A stretch of DNA of 64,000 nucleotides. Origin: Octopus sinensis (Eukaryota). The position numbers and the translations under genes are program-made. The stretch is taken from contig NC_043000.1 of NCBI RefSeq assembly GCF_006345805.1, positions 23,932,001 to 23,996,000 of the forward strand. The letters are read 5' to 3'. Shown piece after piece: positions 25,333 through 38,122 of this stretch. The notes beneath the pieces are model-generated. The model had not been told where the DNA came from. It did not search any database and worked only from the letters and a program-made list of their open reading frames with translations. Position 1 is the stretch's first letter; every line of letters begins with the position of its first letter.

Positions 25333-25601
25333 TGGCCATGACTCGCTGCCGTAAAGGGTTGGCAAAAGCGATGTGGTGGACAATGAAAAACCTGGCTGAT
25401 GACAGTCAAGGCTGATCTGGAACCCAACCTAGGCCCCCATATCTACGGCGTTCACCACTGGAATAAGGAGTGGCTGGAGATCATGCGGTCGTTAGCCTCA
25501 AATCGTCAGGTCTGGTCGGCATTTGTGAGAGATGCAGCATTGAGGATAAATGAAGCCAGCTCAACCCACCCCGGGTGAATGCTGTCTCAAGAAAAGTCAA
25601 G
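25333..25601 (+). mobile_element. RTE-clade LINE 3' fragment
   Basis: Reads GWQKRCGGQ*KTWLMTVKADLEP...WLEIMRSLASNRQVWSAFVRD...STHPG*, followed by a caag-type tail. Confidence 0.7.
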
Positions 25602-27304
25602 CCCTCATATTATCATAAATTGGCTGAATCAACAAACCGGTATGCCTTCGTACAACCTCATTCTTCATTTAATTTCTGTGATTCAAAAGTCTGAGTTTCC
25701 CCATAACTACTGTCCACATTCACTATAAGCTGCTACATCATTCACTGTCTTACATATACCTACCTAGAGTCACCATTGCACGCCAAAGCCAATATCTCAA
25801 ATTCAATTGTTTTCTAATATCTCAAACAAAAATATTTTACTGTGGATGTGTGCACTTTGCAACCACGTTGTTTTGGGTTCAATCCCTACATGGCACTTTG
25901 GGCAAATGTCTACTACTATGGCCTCATGCTGACCAGTACCTTCTGAATAAAATTTAGAAGACAGAAATTGCAAAGAAACATGTTATAGGCATATGTATGT
26001 GTGAGTCTATCGCCATGTGTCTTCACATTGAGTGTGTTACATCCTGCAATTTAGAGAGTGGAAACGAACAGCAAAATATTTCTGTAGAGCCAGGTCAATC
26101 TCTCATCTCTTGGATTGTAAGTATAGACCAACAGAATTCCCTCCAACAAACATGTGTTCCAAGGTTCAGTTACACCCCACCTCTACATAAACCTACCTAT
26201 TGTCACTTCTAACAACATACACTCCTTAGTCTTCAGTACGATACTTCATGATGACAAGCATATACAGCTGAATCCATGATAAGCCATCTTGAAAACATCC
26301 TTCAACAAGAACATGACAAGTTTATCTCTTTCAACAGACCCCGCAGTTTCCACACTTATCAAGGGCCTCACATTTTCTAGATTAGCACCTCTGCAAAGTT
26401 TTGTGATTGCTGATAATTTCTTATGGCAGCCTCATACATACATATATACCATTGCAAAAATGTCTCACAAAAACTAGGATTCTTATTTAGAGCTAAGAAA
26501 TACTTCAGCCATTATCAGTTGCTGATTCTTTGTAAAGCTCAAAACCCATGTTAGAGTAAAGTTCATCACATATTTAGGACAGTACTGCTGTCACACACAC
26601 ACACAATGTTCATGTACATTAAAAAGGCCAGTTAGCTTTATTAGCAAAGTTTCTCTCATTAATATGCACCATCCACAAAAACATAGTTACGTTGTGTCCA
26701 CTTCCTGATACAGTTACATTAATGTCCCTTGCTCTTCTGAAATAATCAACTGCAAATACCATAAGTACAACTCTTCCATCCGACACTTCAACAGCTTAGC
26801 CAGTTCACCATGCAGGATGGCTATTTATTTTTTCAACCTCCAAAGTTGACATCAGCAGGATTTGAACAAGAGTTGAAACAAATACTGTGAAGCAATCAAT
26901 CCAAAGATCTAATGACTCTACCAAATTGCCAGCTTTGATGTAAAAGCAACAAGGTAATAGCGAGATTAGTAATGCTAATTAGAGTATCTTTGTACCAAAA
27001 AGGAGAAAAGAGGGACAAATGGTTAGAGATGAGTGTAACCAACTCTCCATCCATACTCTAATGAACTTATCCACACACACTTCCCATTCTTTGTTCATAT
27101 TTTCCTCTTTTTGTACCTTGAGAGCATGCTGACATCTTGCAGCAACCATCATTGCCTTCTTTACAGCAACTCTCATTCTCTTTTATATAACGAAAGGTAG
27201 CCACATATCTCCTCTACAGCAAGGCACCTCCGCTTGTTCCTCTTTTACTACAACCCCACTCAATGATGGTCTTTTCTTTAATTACTCATCTTACCAGAGC
27301 AGCT

Positions 27305-27620
27305 ATCTGGCTTCTGTGCCGGTGGCATGTAAAAGACACCATTCAAGCGTGATTATTACCAGCATCGCCCTACTGGCACCTGTGCCGGTGGCATGTGTAA
27401 AAGATTCGAGCGAGGTCATTGCCAGTACCGCCTGACTGGCACGTAAAAGCACCCACTACACTCTCAGAGTGGCTGGCATTAGGAAGGGCATTCAGCTGTA
27501 GAAACTCTGCCAGATCAAGATTGAAGCCTGGTGCAGCCATCTGGTTCGCCAGCCCTCAGTCAAATCGTCCAACCCATGCTAGCATGGAAAGCGGACATTA
27601 AACGATGATGATGATGATGA
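27305..27620 (+). mobile_element. (GAT)n-tailed retroposon
   Basis: Family core, internal units and (GAT)n tail. Confidence 0.85.
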
Positions 27621-29524
27621 ATGCTAATGCCTGACACCAAAACAACACCCAATACACTCTGTAAAGTGATTAGCATTAGGAAGGCCACCCAGCCATATAA
27701 ACAATGCCAAAAACAGGCATTGGAATGCAACACAATCCTCTGGCTCACTGGATTCTGTTGAACTGGTTAATCCATCCTAGGACGGAAGACAGACATTAAA
27801 TGTTGATATAAGGACTTGCACTTTTGGCTTTCTTTCTACTTGGATAAATTGAATGACTGGGGCAGTAAGTGAGATTATCAGTTCTGTAACTAGTATTTGC
27901 ACACATTGATGTCCTGATCATCCCAGTACGTAATTTATTTATTAATACAAATAAACTAAAATGACAGCTACAGAGTGATTTAATCTTATTTAGCAGTTAA
28001 ATATATCATCCATCTGGTTAGTCTCTATTAATAAACAGCAATTAAAATGTCACTGAAAGGCTACAGAAATTCAACTTACTGAAAATTCTCAAACATGCTT
28101 ATATGTTTTGACAACCTTCTGAGTTGCACAACAAAGCAATTAGTCAATAACAAAGGATTAAACTTGACTAAAACGATAAACAACACCAGATATGTATGGC
28201 CTCTAAATACAAGTGGTGTATAAAAAAAAAATCATTCAATCCTACTTAACTAATTAACTGATAGTTGTATGAACAACTGCACTGCTAACATTTTAATGAG
28301 GAAAATTATCTTACATTATCATATACTAGACATACACATATCTATTAAAAAGGTACCATTGTGGCCGGCTCATTCTTTCTCTCACATTTATATCATCATT
28401 TAATGTTCACTTTTTCATGCTTGCATGGGTCAGACGGAATTTACTGAAGCAGATTTTCTATTGTTGAATGCCTTTCACCTGCTTCCAAGCAGGGTAGTAA
28501 TGGCGATCGCCGTAATATTTTCCCATTACTCAACATATTTTTCACAGAATGGAAACAATGTCACTTGTATAACAATGATGCTCATTTAGAGCCATCACGT
28601 GATATCTTGATATGGATACACACAAGCAGACACATATAAATACAAGGCGGGTTTCTTTCAGTTTCCGTATACCAAATCCACTCATATGGATTTTGATCGG
28701 ATCGGGGTTAACGCCAAAACCAGAGTTAAGAAGCAAGACTTCTTAATCAAATAGCCACGCCTGCGCCTAGATAAATTGAAGCTGATGTAGCAGATAAATT
28801 GACGAAGACATAAATATGGGCTAATATTTCAAAGAAAAAGTAAATACAACTTGTATTTACATACAACTTGGGAATAAAAATTTGACAGACTCTCTAGAAT
28901 AGTCTTAAGGCTACAGACGATTTGAAGATCCATAATCAAAAATGCGATCGATCGCAAATCAAATATAACTACTGTGTTTACTCGAGTTAATTGCTATGTC
29001 GAATACGATGTGCCTAACTTTTATTTTTATCTGAAAAAAAATAATGGTTACCATTTTATTCTCTTTGTACACTCGCATAATTATGCCATCCAATTTTCTC
29101 GAATTATACACGAGTGTGTGTGTGTAATTATTTACCGTCTGTTTTGAGTGCGTGGTGTACATAAATGCACACATAATTTGTACGTAGGAAACGTGACGGA
29201 TCAATGTCACTAAAGGAAGGGCATGACTGACACAGTCGAATTACAACAAAATTGGGTTTTGTGTTGTGTACGAAATGAATGTCATTGCATGTCGTTTGAA
29301 GGAGAACAATAACTGGTCTCAGTTCACACATGAACACACTAATACTGTGTTCCATGTCTACGTGTACACATACGGACCGAGACGTTGCACACATCACTGG
29401 TTCGACGTTACCACCGTCAAACTGGGTTTTACGTTGTCGTTTGACCTGGTATAAACATCAGTCAAATCATCACCGATTCATACCCCACCCTAACAAAATG
29501 AAATGACATACACGATGTATATTT

Positions 29525-29675
29525 CTTTACTACCCACAAGGGGCTAAACACAGAGGGGACAAACAAGGACAGACAAAGGGATTAAGTCGATTACATCGAC
29601 CCCAGTGCGTAACTGGTACTTAATTTATCGACCGCGAAAGGATGAAAGGCAAAGTCGACCTCGGCGGAATTTGAG
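29525..29675 (-). mobile_element. 3' part of the GGCGAGCTGGCAGAAACGTTAGC-headed tRNA-derived SINE
   Basis: Reverse complement of ...AAATTCCGCCGAGGTCGACTTTGCCTTTCATCC...GCCCCTTGTGGG, with CpGs intact. Confidence 0.85.
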
Positions 29676-30320
29676 ACATACACAATGTAGTCAGTCATGG
29701 ATACACTAAAAGACGGATGGTCACAGATGAAGTGTCTTTGATTAAAAATTTGCTAGATAAGAGCATGCCTAGGGCTAAGGAACAACTACTGTATAAAATT
29801 TAGCTTCAGGAATCATAAAGAGAGGGGATAACGATAAATACTGGGGGGGGGGGTTAAACCGAAAATGTATTTCGTACACACAGATGTATATATGTACACA
29901 GATAATATATTCCCTAATGAGGGAAGCAATGGATAATGCTGAGGTAAAAATTAAAAATAATAAAACCTTTAACATCAAATCTAAGACAAGCTCTACCACC
30001 TTCAGTCTTAATTTGTTCTACACAAAGATCTTCGAAGCCTAATCCATTAAAACTCCTTGATCTTAATGGCTTTACTGACCCCATTCCAAGAAATCAATGA
30101 TTCTCTTTATCTTGAAGAACATCAGTACTGTGTTAATGTAATTGAGAAATGTTATACACTTGAGGATGTACTGTTTAATATATCGATATATCGATCAATC
30201 GACAACACACAAAGAACAACAGTTTGCAAATGATAAACAGACATCAGAACAAGAGATTCGAAAAACCAAATATTAATTCGACATTATGAAAAATAGATTT
30301 CCAGTAAAAATAATTAGCTA

Positions 30321-31404
30321 ATTAAGCTTTAACAAGGAACCAAATTTGTGTGTGTGTGTGTGTGGTGTGTATCGCTACAATATCAGAACCCAAATTGGAA
30401 TAGCGATATTCCAATCGTGGCCATCCCATCTTTTCTGAATATCTTAAGACTATTTTGTTCAATGTACATTATTTACTACGATAAGTTGTTATGTGAAAAG
30501 TTTGGCTGCTGTTTCTCGCCCTGCAAGCTACCACATCGAAGCTCTCTCGCTTGTTCGAAACAAACTTGATTTTATCTTGTTATAAAATATTATAAGGCGG
30601 TAGTTGTTCCTTAGCCCTAGGCATGCTCTTATCTATATGGTTGGAATGCCCTTTTGCTCATAGGTCTTCTTCATAAGCTTAACCATTCCAGTCGTGAACA
30701 TCCAGCCTTTTTTTTCCTTTATGTTTTCTCTAAGAACTTCATTATCCAGTGTGTGTGCTTCGACTGTTTGAAGATGGTGAGGTGCGATATGAGGATGATT
30801 TGATAGTTATTTCTGGCAAGTCGAACGACGTTAGAATGCCACTCATTGTTTAGGGTCGAATAAGGAGGGAAAGAATTTGGAGGGAATTCGCTAATTTGAA
30901 CTTATGCAGTCATTGATGATGAGATCTATTTATATTTTTTAGATTTTAGATCCTCAATACAACGACCATTCACCTTAATAAAACGCTGATTTATATTGAA
31001 AAAATGTACAGGATGATGGTAAAAGTTTGAGAGATTATTAGAAACACACTTTTGACGGGAAAGAAAGATTTTTTAAAATAAATCGAAACATATATTCAAA
31101 AACTCTATGGATAAGAAGAATTCTCTGAAAATAATTTCATTCCCATGTGGTTATCCACCGAATAGCTGTTTAGGGTAAGCAAGCAAGCTAGCTTGCAGAA
31201 TTATGTAGAACAAAGCACACATAAGATAGAACCATACATATCGTATTAAATAATGTACATTGAACAAAATAAGTCTTAAGATACTCAGAAAAGATGGGAT
31301 GGCCACGATTGGAATATCTTTAGCTAATAAGTCGCAATTCAATTTGGGTTCTGATATTATAGCGATACACACACACACATTTGGTTCGTTGTGTAAAGCT
31401 TAAT
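30321..31404. repeat. Inverted duplication of non-SINE sequence in ARGLU1 intron 1 (arms 30321-30483 and 31239-31404)
   Basis: Arms align with a few substitutions and two indels; 34-nt identical core GATATTCCAATCGTGGCCATCCCATCTTTTCTGA. Confidence 0.9.
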
Positions 31405-31447
31405 GTTGCAGGGATATAAGAAGAGAAGAAAGAAAGAGCAAACGAAC

Positions 31448-31632
31448 CTGGCAACTCGTTTTCTATCTTTAGACCGAGAGCGTTGTACTCTGCTGCTACT
31501 GTGATGCCGACTTATGCTATGGATGCGATCTCTGGACGCAGACCGCGAACGTGACCTAGTGCGCCTTTTCTTGTGTTTTGCACGGTGTCTCGTCCTGCTT
31601 GTTGATCGACTACGACTTCTTGATCGTCCCAT
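31448..31632 (-). CDS. ARGLU1: ARGLU1 (arginine/glutamate-rich protein 1) coding exon 1
   Basis: ATG at 31632 encodes an RS-rich N-terminus, MGRSRSRSRSTSRTRHRAKHKKRR...KRVA(R). Donor CAG|GTTCGT at 31448/31447. 185 nt, phase 2; joins exon 2 in frame. Confidence 0.92.
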
Positions 31633-31679
31633 TTTTTTCTTAATTTTGTTTCCTTTAATAAACGATACTGAAATCCCTC

Positions 31680-31950
31680 TCTCTCTCTCACGCTACACGA
31701 CACAAGTAAGCAGCTCACACGCAGCGAACTTCACCATTTGCAATATGGCGTTGTCTTCAATGTTGATGTCTCACTTGACATGCGCAGGCTTTATGATGTC
31801 AATCTTTCATCTCCCAGCCATAAATTATTATTTCTCACGCCAACGACAAAATATTATAAAATATTTGTCAAAATAAAATGCAGAAAGAAATAAAACTTCT
31901 CAAAAAGAGCAATAATTTTGACAGGAATAAAAATGCGCGGCGTTCTAAAA
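31680..31950 (-). promoter_or_regulatory. ARGLU1 promoter/5' leader with YY1-like and NRF1-like motifs
   Basis: CGCCATATTG (YY1-like GCCATNTT) at 31741-31750 and TGCGCATG (partial NRF1 palindrome) at 31779-31786, within a CpG-enriched zone 50-150 nt upstream of the ATG. TSS not determined. Confidence 0.45.
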
Positions 31951-33253
31951 CGATTATCAATTAGTTATGTCTGTTATGGTTGCTGATAACATGAACATTT
32001 CTCTTTTCCTTCCTTTGATACGTATTTTTGTTGGTGAGGATGGAAGTGGAATTCTTTCAAAAATAAATGTTTATTCGCTTTTTAAAATTGTAATTTTAAC
32101 TGATCCGGGTATTGAAATACAAATAAATGTTTAATCGTATGAATTAATGACGAAATAAAGTAACATTTGAACAGACTCGATTCTTAGATTAATGATTGAA
32201 TTATTAAAATAACATAACATTTCGGTTATCAACAAACTAGTGTACGTTATATATATACACACGATGTTCAGATAAAGCTAACGTATATTAAAAGAAACAT
32301 TAACGCATTTAGAGAGATACACCAAGGGGACCCTTAGTTAAACAGTTCGACGTCTACTGAGGGACACTATTTGAATATCCTCAGGCTTTCGTTAATATCG
32401 TCATTTTCCAAAACCCTCTGATGAACTAAACCCCCGAAACGTTACGCATGAAATTGGAATGTCACGAAATCGAGAGGATTCCCAAACAAACAACATTGAA
32501 TGGTGGCAAAGAGAAAAAGGCCAAAGGTTACAGATTCTAAATCAAGAGTACCCTTTGAGTGCAACGTTTGCTTTTCTACCCTTTCTTTTCAATACTAAAA
32601 ACCTTCCTGATTGCAGCTTTTCCAAATGTGAACTATTTGGGAAGAATTCTCATGCTTCATTTTCCGAAAAGACTTATTTAACTTTAGGGAAAAATATATG
32701 GTTTATGACAAAATATCCTGGAAATGTTTTGTTAGATTAAGCATTCTAGCAATAGACTGAGAAGCTGTACTAAACACCTCAAAACCTAAAAATGTTATAA
32801 TGCTTACAGTAGCTTTTTCATTAACATAGGATTCAGCAAAAACAAAAGTGACACCTTCAGGGCAACTGAAGCAATTATTTTAAAATTGAAATTAAGCTAT
32901 AGACTTATGTCAAGCAAGAAGTTGACACAAAAGGATGCCATTCACAAGAAACTGGTTTCTATGCCACAAGCTGTTCTTAGGTAACTGTGTGGAAGTGGAT
33001 AATTAAATGCAAAGAATATCTTGACAAGATCATATATTCTGAGTGTGCAGAATGTTGCAATGCTAATTAACCTTGAACTAAATTTTTTTTTATTAATTAA
33101 AATCCTGATCAAAATGTCATTACAATATGAATGATAACATGAAATTCCAGTTGGTAAATAAAGTTATTTCCTGCATCAATGTAAACTACATTGAGGTATC
33201 AAAGATGTGAAAATTAGCTAAGTCCACTTTGTGTTTATTATTTATTACATATA

Positions 33254-33935
33254 GGCGCAGGGGTAGCTGTGTAGTAAGTAGCTTGCTTACCAACCACATG
33301 GTTCCGGGTTCAGTCCCACTGCGTGGCACCTTGGGCAAGTGTCTTCTACTATAGCCTCAGGCCAACCAAAGCCTTGTGAATGGATTTGATAGACAGAAAC
33401 TGAAAGAAGCCCGTCGTATATATGTGTATATATATATATATATATATAATAATAATACTAATATGAGGAAATATTATTCCAAACTTACAGGGAAAAATTC
33501 AATTTAGAAATACTAAATCAAATTTCACAAAATATAATATACATATATAAATTAGAAAAAAACCCACCTTTTATCAATTCAATAATGAAAAATTAAATTA
33601 TACCATCTAGAAAATTACATATTATAGAAAGATTAAATATAAGATAAAACATATAAGGATGATTAAGTAATGTGCAAAATAATAAATAAAACGTATATAT
33701 ATATATATATATGTATGCATGAGCATGTATATGTTTGTGTGTCTGTGTTTGTCCCCCAACATCGCTTGACAACTGATGCTGTGTTTACGTCCCCATCACT
33801 TAGCGGTTCAGCAAAAGAGATCGATAGAATAAGTACTAGGCTTACAAAGATTAAGTCCTGGGGTCGATTTCTTTGACTAAAGGCAGTGCTCCAGCATGGC
33901 TGCAGTCAAATGACTGAAACAAGTAAAAGAGTGAA
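33254..33935 (+). mobile_element. tRNA-derived CORE-like SINE with an AT-rich insert in its central (TA)n
   Basis: A-box-like TAGCTGTGTAGT, B-box-like GGTTCAGTCCC, ACCTTGGGCAAGTG core, central microsatellite and 3' tail ...GACTGAAACAAGTAAAAGAG. Insert at ~33445-33690. Confidence 0.85.
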
Positions 33936-34116
33936 GAGAGAGTCTGTGTTTTAATCTGTTGCACTTCTTTTGAATTTTTATTCCCGTTCTTAGCAGCATT
34001 GGTTGCTAAACTGTGAATTGTATGGAGACAATCAACTTGTCGAAATTCCTTTTAACTTTGATATGGGAAGAAATGTGTGACTTGTGATGTTAATCAATAT
34101 ATTTTATTGAATATAG

Positions 34117-34540
34117 GTGCAGGCATGGCTGTGTGGTAAGAAGCTTGCTTCTCAACCACATGGCTCTGGGTTCAATCTCACAGAGTGTCACCTTGGGCAA
34201 GTGTCTTCTACTATAGCCTCGGACCAAACAAAACCTTGTGAGTGTATTGGTAGACGGAAACCGAAAGAAGCCTGTTTATATGTGTGCGTGTGTGTCTGTG
34301 TGTGTGTCTCTGTGTGTGTGTCTTTGTCTCTATGCTTGTATCCTCACCCCCATCACTGCTTGACAACTGGTTTTGGTGTGTTTCTGTCTCCATAACTTAG
34401 CAGTTTGGAAAAATAAACCAACAGAATGAGTTCTCAGCTAAAGAAATAAGTCTTGGGGTCAATTTCTTTGATTAAAATATTTGAAGGTGGTGCTCCAGCA
34501 TGGTCGCAGTCAAACGGCTAAAACAAGTAAAAGTAAAAAG
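34117..34540 (+). mobile_element. tRNA-derived CORE-like SINE
   Basis: Same architecture as 33254-33935, more diverged. Confidence 0.8.
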
Positions 34541-34937
34541 TATATTGTCCCCTTTTTGTTATCCATACGAGCTGCCTGAATGCTTGAAGCTTACTAATTT
34601 CCTACATTTTGATCTCTAGATCATACTTATCTATTGGTATGAAAATACATCTAGTTACACATAGATGCAGGTGTGGCTGTGTGGTTAAGAGGCTTGTTTC
34701 TTAATCAGCTGTACTTGGTTTCAATCCCACTACATTGCACCTTGGACAACTTCCATTATAGCCCCAGGCTAACCAAAGCATTGAGGGTAGATGTGGTAAA
34801 TGGCAACTGGAAGAAGAAGAAGCTTGTCGTATTTATATGAATGTATATGTGTGTTTGTGAACACCTTTGTCTTGTCATCATGTAATGGTTGTAAGCAAGT
34901 ATTACTATCATACAAGCAATGTTGTTCATTTGTAGTC

Positions 34938-35290
34938 ATCATCATCATCATCATCGTTTAACATTTGCTTTCCATGCTAGCATGGGTTGGACGGTTTGAC
35001 TGAGGGCTGGCAAACCAGATGGCTGCACCAGGCTTCACTCTTGATCTGGCAGAGTTTCTACAGCTGGATGCCCTTCCTAACGCCAACCACCCCGAGAGTG
35101 TAGTAGGTGCTTTTACGTGCCACCAGCACGGGGCCAGTCAGGCGGTACTGGCAATGATCTCACTCGAATCTTTTACACATGCCACTGGCACAGGTGCTAG
35201 TGAGGCGACGCTGGTAACGATCACGCTCGAATGGTGTCTCTTACGTGCCACTGGCATGGAGACCAGATAGTTGCTCTGGCAACGATCATG
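34938..35290 (-). mobile_element. (GAT)n-tailed retroposon
   Basis: Family core with three internal units. Confidence 0.85.
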
Positions 35291-35589
35291 CTCTTCTCTG
35301 AAAAACATGTTTGGCCATTGGGAAATATTACCTTACCTGGAAACAGGTGACATGACGGGCACAACAAATTACTGTCTGACTCATTCAAACATGGACATTC
35401 TGGATGGTTAAACAAGCAATGTACACCACTACCATGTAATGCTGCATCACAAAAATAGAACAATCAAACATGTATGACATGAATAATGATAGATTATGCC
35501 TCCATGGAGTCAATCAATTAACATGGCAGCAGCACATAACCAGGACAGTCTTACTTGGTTGTCATTTTATCTTTTTTAAATTTTTTGGC

Positions 35590-35970
35590 TGTATGGTAAG
35601 AAGCTTGCTTCCTAACCACATGGTTCCAGGTTCAGTCCCACTGCATGGCACCTCGGGCAAGTATCTTCTGCTATAGCTTCAGATTGATCAAAGCCTTGTG
35701 AGTTGATTTGGTGGATGGAAACTGAATGAAGCCTGTTGTATTTGTGTGCCTTTGTGTTTGCGTTTGTCCCCTACCATTGCTTGACAACTGGTATTGGTGT
35801 GTTTATGTCTCTGTAACTTAGCAGTTTGCCTTAAGGGACCAATAAAATAAGTACCAGGCTTGAAACAAAAATAAATAAAACCAAGAACTTGGCTCCATTC
35901 ATTTGACTAAAAATTCCTCAAAAAATGCTCCAGCATGGTCACAATCTAATGACTGAAACAAGTAAAATAT
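35590..35970 (+). mobile_element. tRNA-derived CORE-like SINE
   Basis: Same head, core and tail. Confidence 0.75.
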
Positions 35971-36196
35971 TTGTCAGAAGAAAAAGCAGTGCTCATGATT
36001 CTTGTGTACAATATTTACTAAACATTAAAATGTCATTTAATGAATAGTGTTTTATGAAATAAATGTAGAATATATGATTAAGAAGTTTTAAAAGTTTAAC
36101 TATTAAAGCATCGGATGCAATGCCTTGTGGTATTTATTCCAGTTTTTTACATAGCCATACGAGACCATATCTAGATTACCCTGAGAAAAAACATAC

Positions 36197-36227
<31 letters not shown>

Positions 36228-36614
36228 GTGCAATGAATAATCCAATGTTTAATCTTACAAACCTTAGGTTGTAATCTAATAGTTCACCAATAGTTCACCA
36301 TTAACCATCATTGCAAATAGGGATCGTCGTCGTCATCATCATCATCATTTAACATCTGCTTTCCATGTTGGCATGGGTTGGATGGTTTGACAGAAACTGG
36401 CTGGGCAGAAGACTGTATTAGGTTCCATTGTCTGTTTAGTATGGATTCTACAATTCAATGCCCTTCCTAATGCCAGCCACTTTACGGAATGTACAGGGTG
36501 TTGTTCACCTGGGACCAGCACCAGTGCTTTTTACATGACATCAATACTGGTGCTTCTTATGCGGCACGAAAAATCATGTTTATATTGAAATGGACGTTTT
36601 TCCATTCTTAATTA

Positions 36615-37181
36615 TTGGGTTGTCTGGAAAGTTTGTGCCAATTAATAGTAGCTTACCTTTCAACTTATTTTAGAACATGGCTGAGTTCATGAAATAGGAT
36701 TTGACTACACCTCCATTTAGAGCACAGTTTAAGCTATCTTTTCGTGGAAGAAGGTTTATGTTCCTATAACCTGTGTTAATTCTTTAACCCTTGAAAATAG
36801 AAGATAAGAAAGTTCATTTTCAGCACTTGATGTTTTAGGAACCAGACAAAAATTGCTGCAGCTCGGCTGGGATGTGTTACCCCCACCTTCCATATTCACC
36901 ACATATTGCTCCTTCGGATTTCCACTTATTCAGGTCTCTACTGAATAGTCTTAAAGGTACAAATTTCAATTCCTTGGATGACATAAAAAGATACCTTGAT
37001 GAATTCTTTTCCATGAAACCACCTCAATTCTGGGAAGAGGGTATTTTCAAGTTAAAGGAAAGATGGAGATGCATTGTGCAACAAAATTATTCATATTTGG
37101 TTGATTAAAAATATAATGGCAAGTATTTATTGACCTTTTTCTTTCCTTTAAAAATCGGCACGAACTTTCCAGACAACCCAA
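36615..37181 (+). mobile_element. Internally deleted mariner element
   Basis: TIRs TTGGGTTGTCTGGAAAGTT(T/C)GTGCC at both ends, TA TSD. Retains the transposase C-terminus ...PYSPHIAPSDFHLFRSLLNSLKG... (YSPDLAP-like motif). Confidence 0.9.
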
Positions 37182-37935
37182 TATTATTATGCTGTTCTGT
37201 TTCTTTTCTTCTTTGATCAAAAGATTCCTTATTTTAGATTCTATTCTTTGCAACACTCAATTTTCATTCAGTTTTAACCCTCACCTGCTTATATCTGCTT
37301 GCCTCTATCACTCAAAACATTTTTTCATAGAATTACATTTCAAATATCAGGGCATTCCTTCCATGATGCAGTGTCTACCAAAATCACCATAAGTCAAGTG
37401 GACAGCAAGAGAAATCTTCATATGAAGAATTCCCATTAAAGTAAGTGTTTCAGCCTGTTAGTTCCTGACACTCTGGAGGAGCTGAGCCCATCCACATCAT
37501 GACTCCTGGGTGTCCTCCTACAATTTTTAAATGCTACCTTTAGTGGGATTTGAACTCAGGACTTTTGGGTGATCTTACTTCTCTGAACTGTGGTGTATAT
37601 CACTTGGTCACAACAAGAACTTACCCTGTGAATCTACCTGACACTGGGTTTCCTTCCTACTATATTTAGGAGCTTGCAGTCATCATCATCGTTTATTCCT
37701 TTTAAGCTCTAGTCATTACTTCTCTTTACCAATTGCTACATTGAGCTATTCTTTGAGGTTGGTGATTTCACACTTTTGATTATATATGTCAATGTACATT
37801 ATTTATATTATTTACATTTGACGGATATTTGTTTGTTGTTAACACAACATTTTGGCTGATATACCCTCCAGCTTTTATCAGGTGTCTTGGGGAAATTTCA
37901 AACCTGGGTTCTCATTCCTAAGGTATATTTTGATG

Positions 37936-37982
<47 letters not shown>

Positions 37983-38072
37983 TATGTCACTGCCTGGAAC
38001 CAAACTTGGAATCTTGGTGTTAGTAGCCCGTGTTCTTAACCCCAAGATTCCAAGTTTGATTCCAAGCAGTGA

Positions 38073-38120
<48 letters not shown>

Positions 38121-38122
<2 letters not shown>

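Noticed and set aside
32418-32445. CTGATGA...CGAAACGTT hammerhead-like core upstream of ARGLU1
   Set aside because: The intervening ACTAAACCCC cannot form stem II, and no stem I partner is present.
31930-32740. Possible divergent plus-strand gene (ATG at ~31933, donor-like TTG|GTGAGG, ORF 32459-32740)
   Set aside because: The first ORF stops after 17 codons, the 93-aa ORF has no recognisable motif, and I found no downstream plus-strand exons. A divergent lncRNA cannot be excluded.
33254-33330. tRNA-gene-like sequences here and at other SINE heads (for example 45410-45480)
   Set aside because: A and B boxes are present, but the acceptor stems are incomplete and each runs into a SINE body and tail. 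No true tRNA gene was called.
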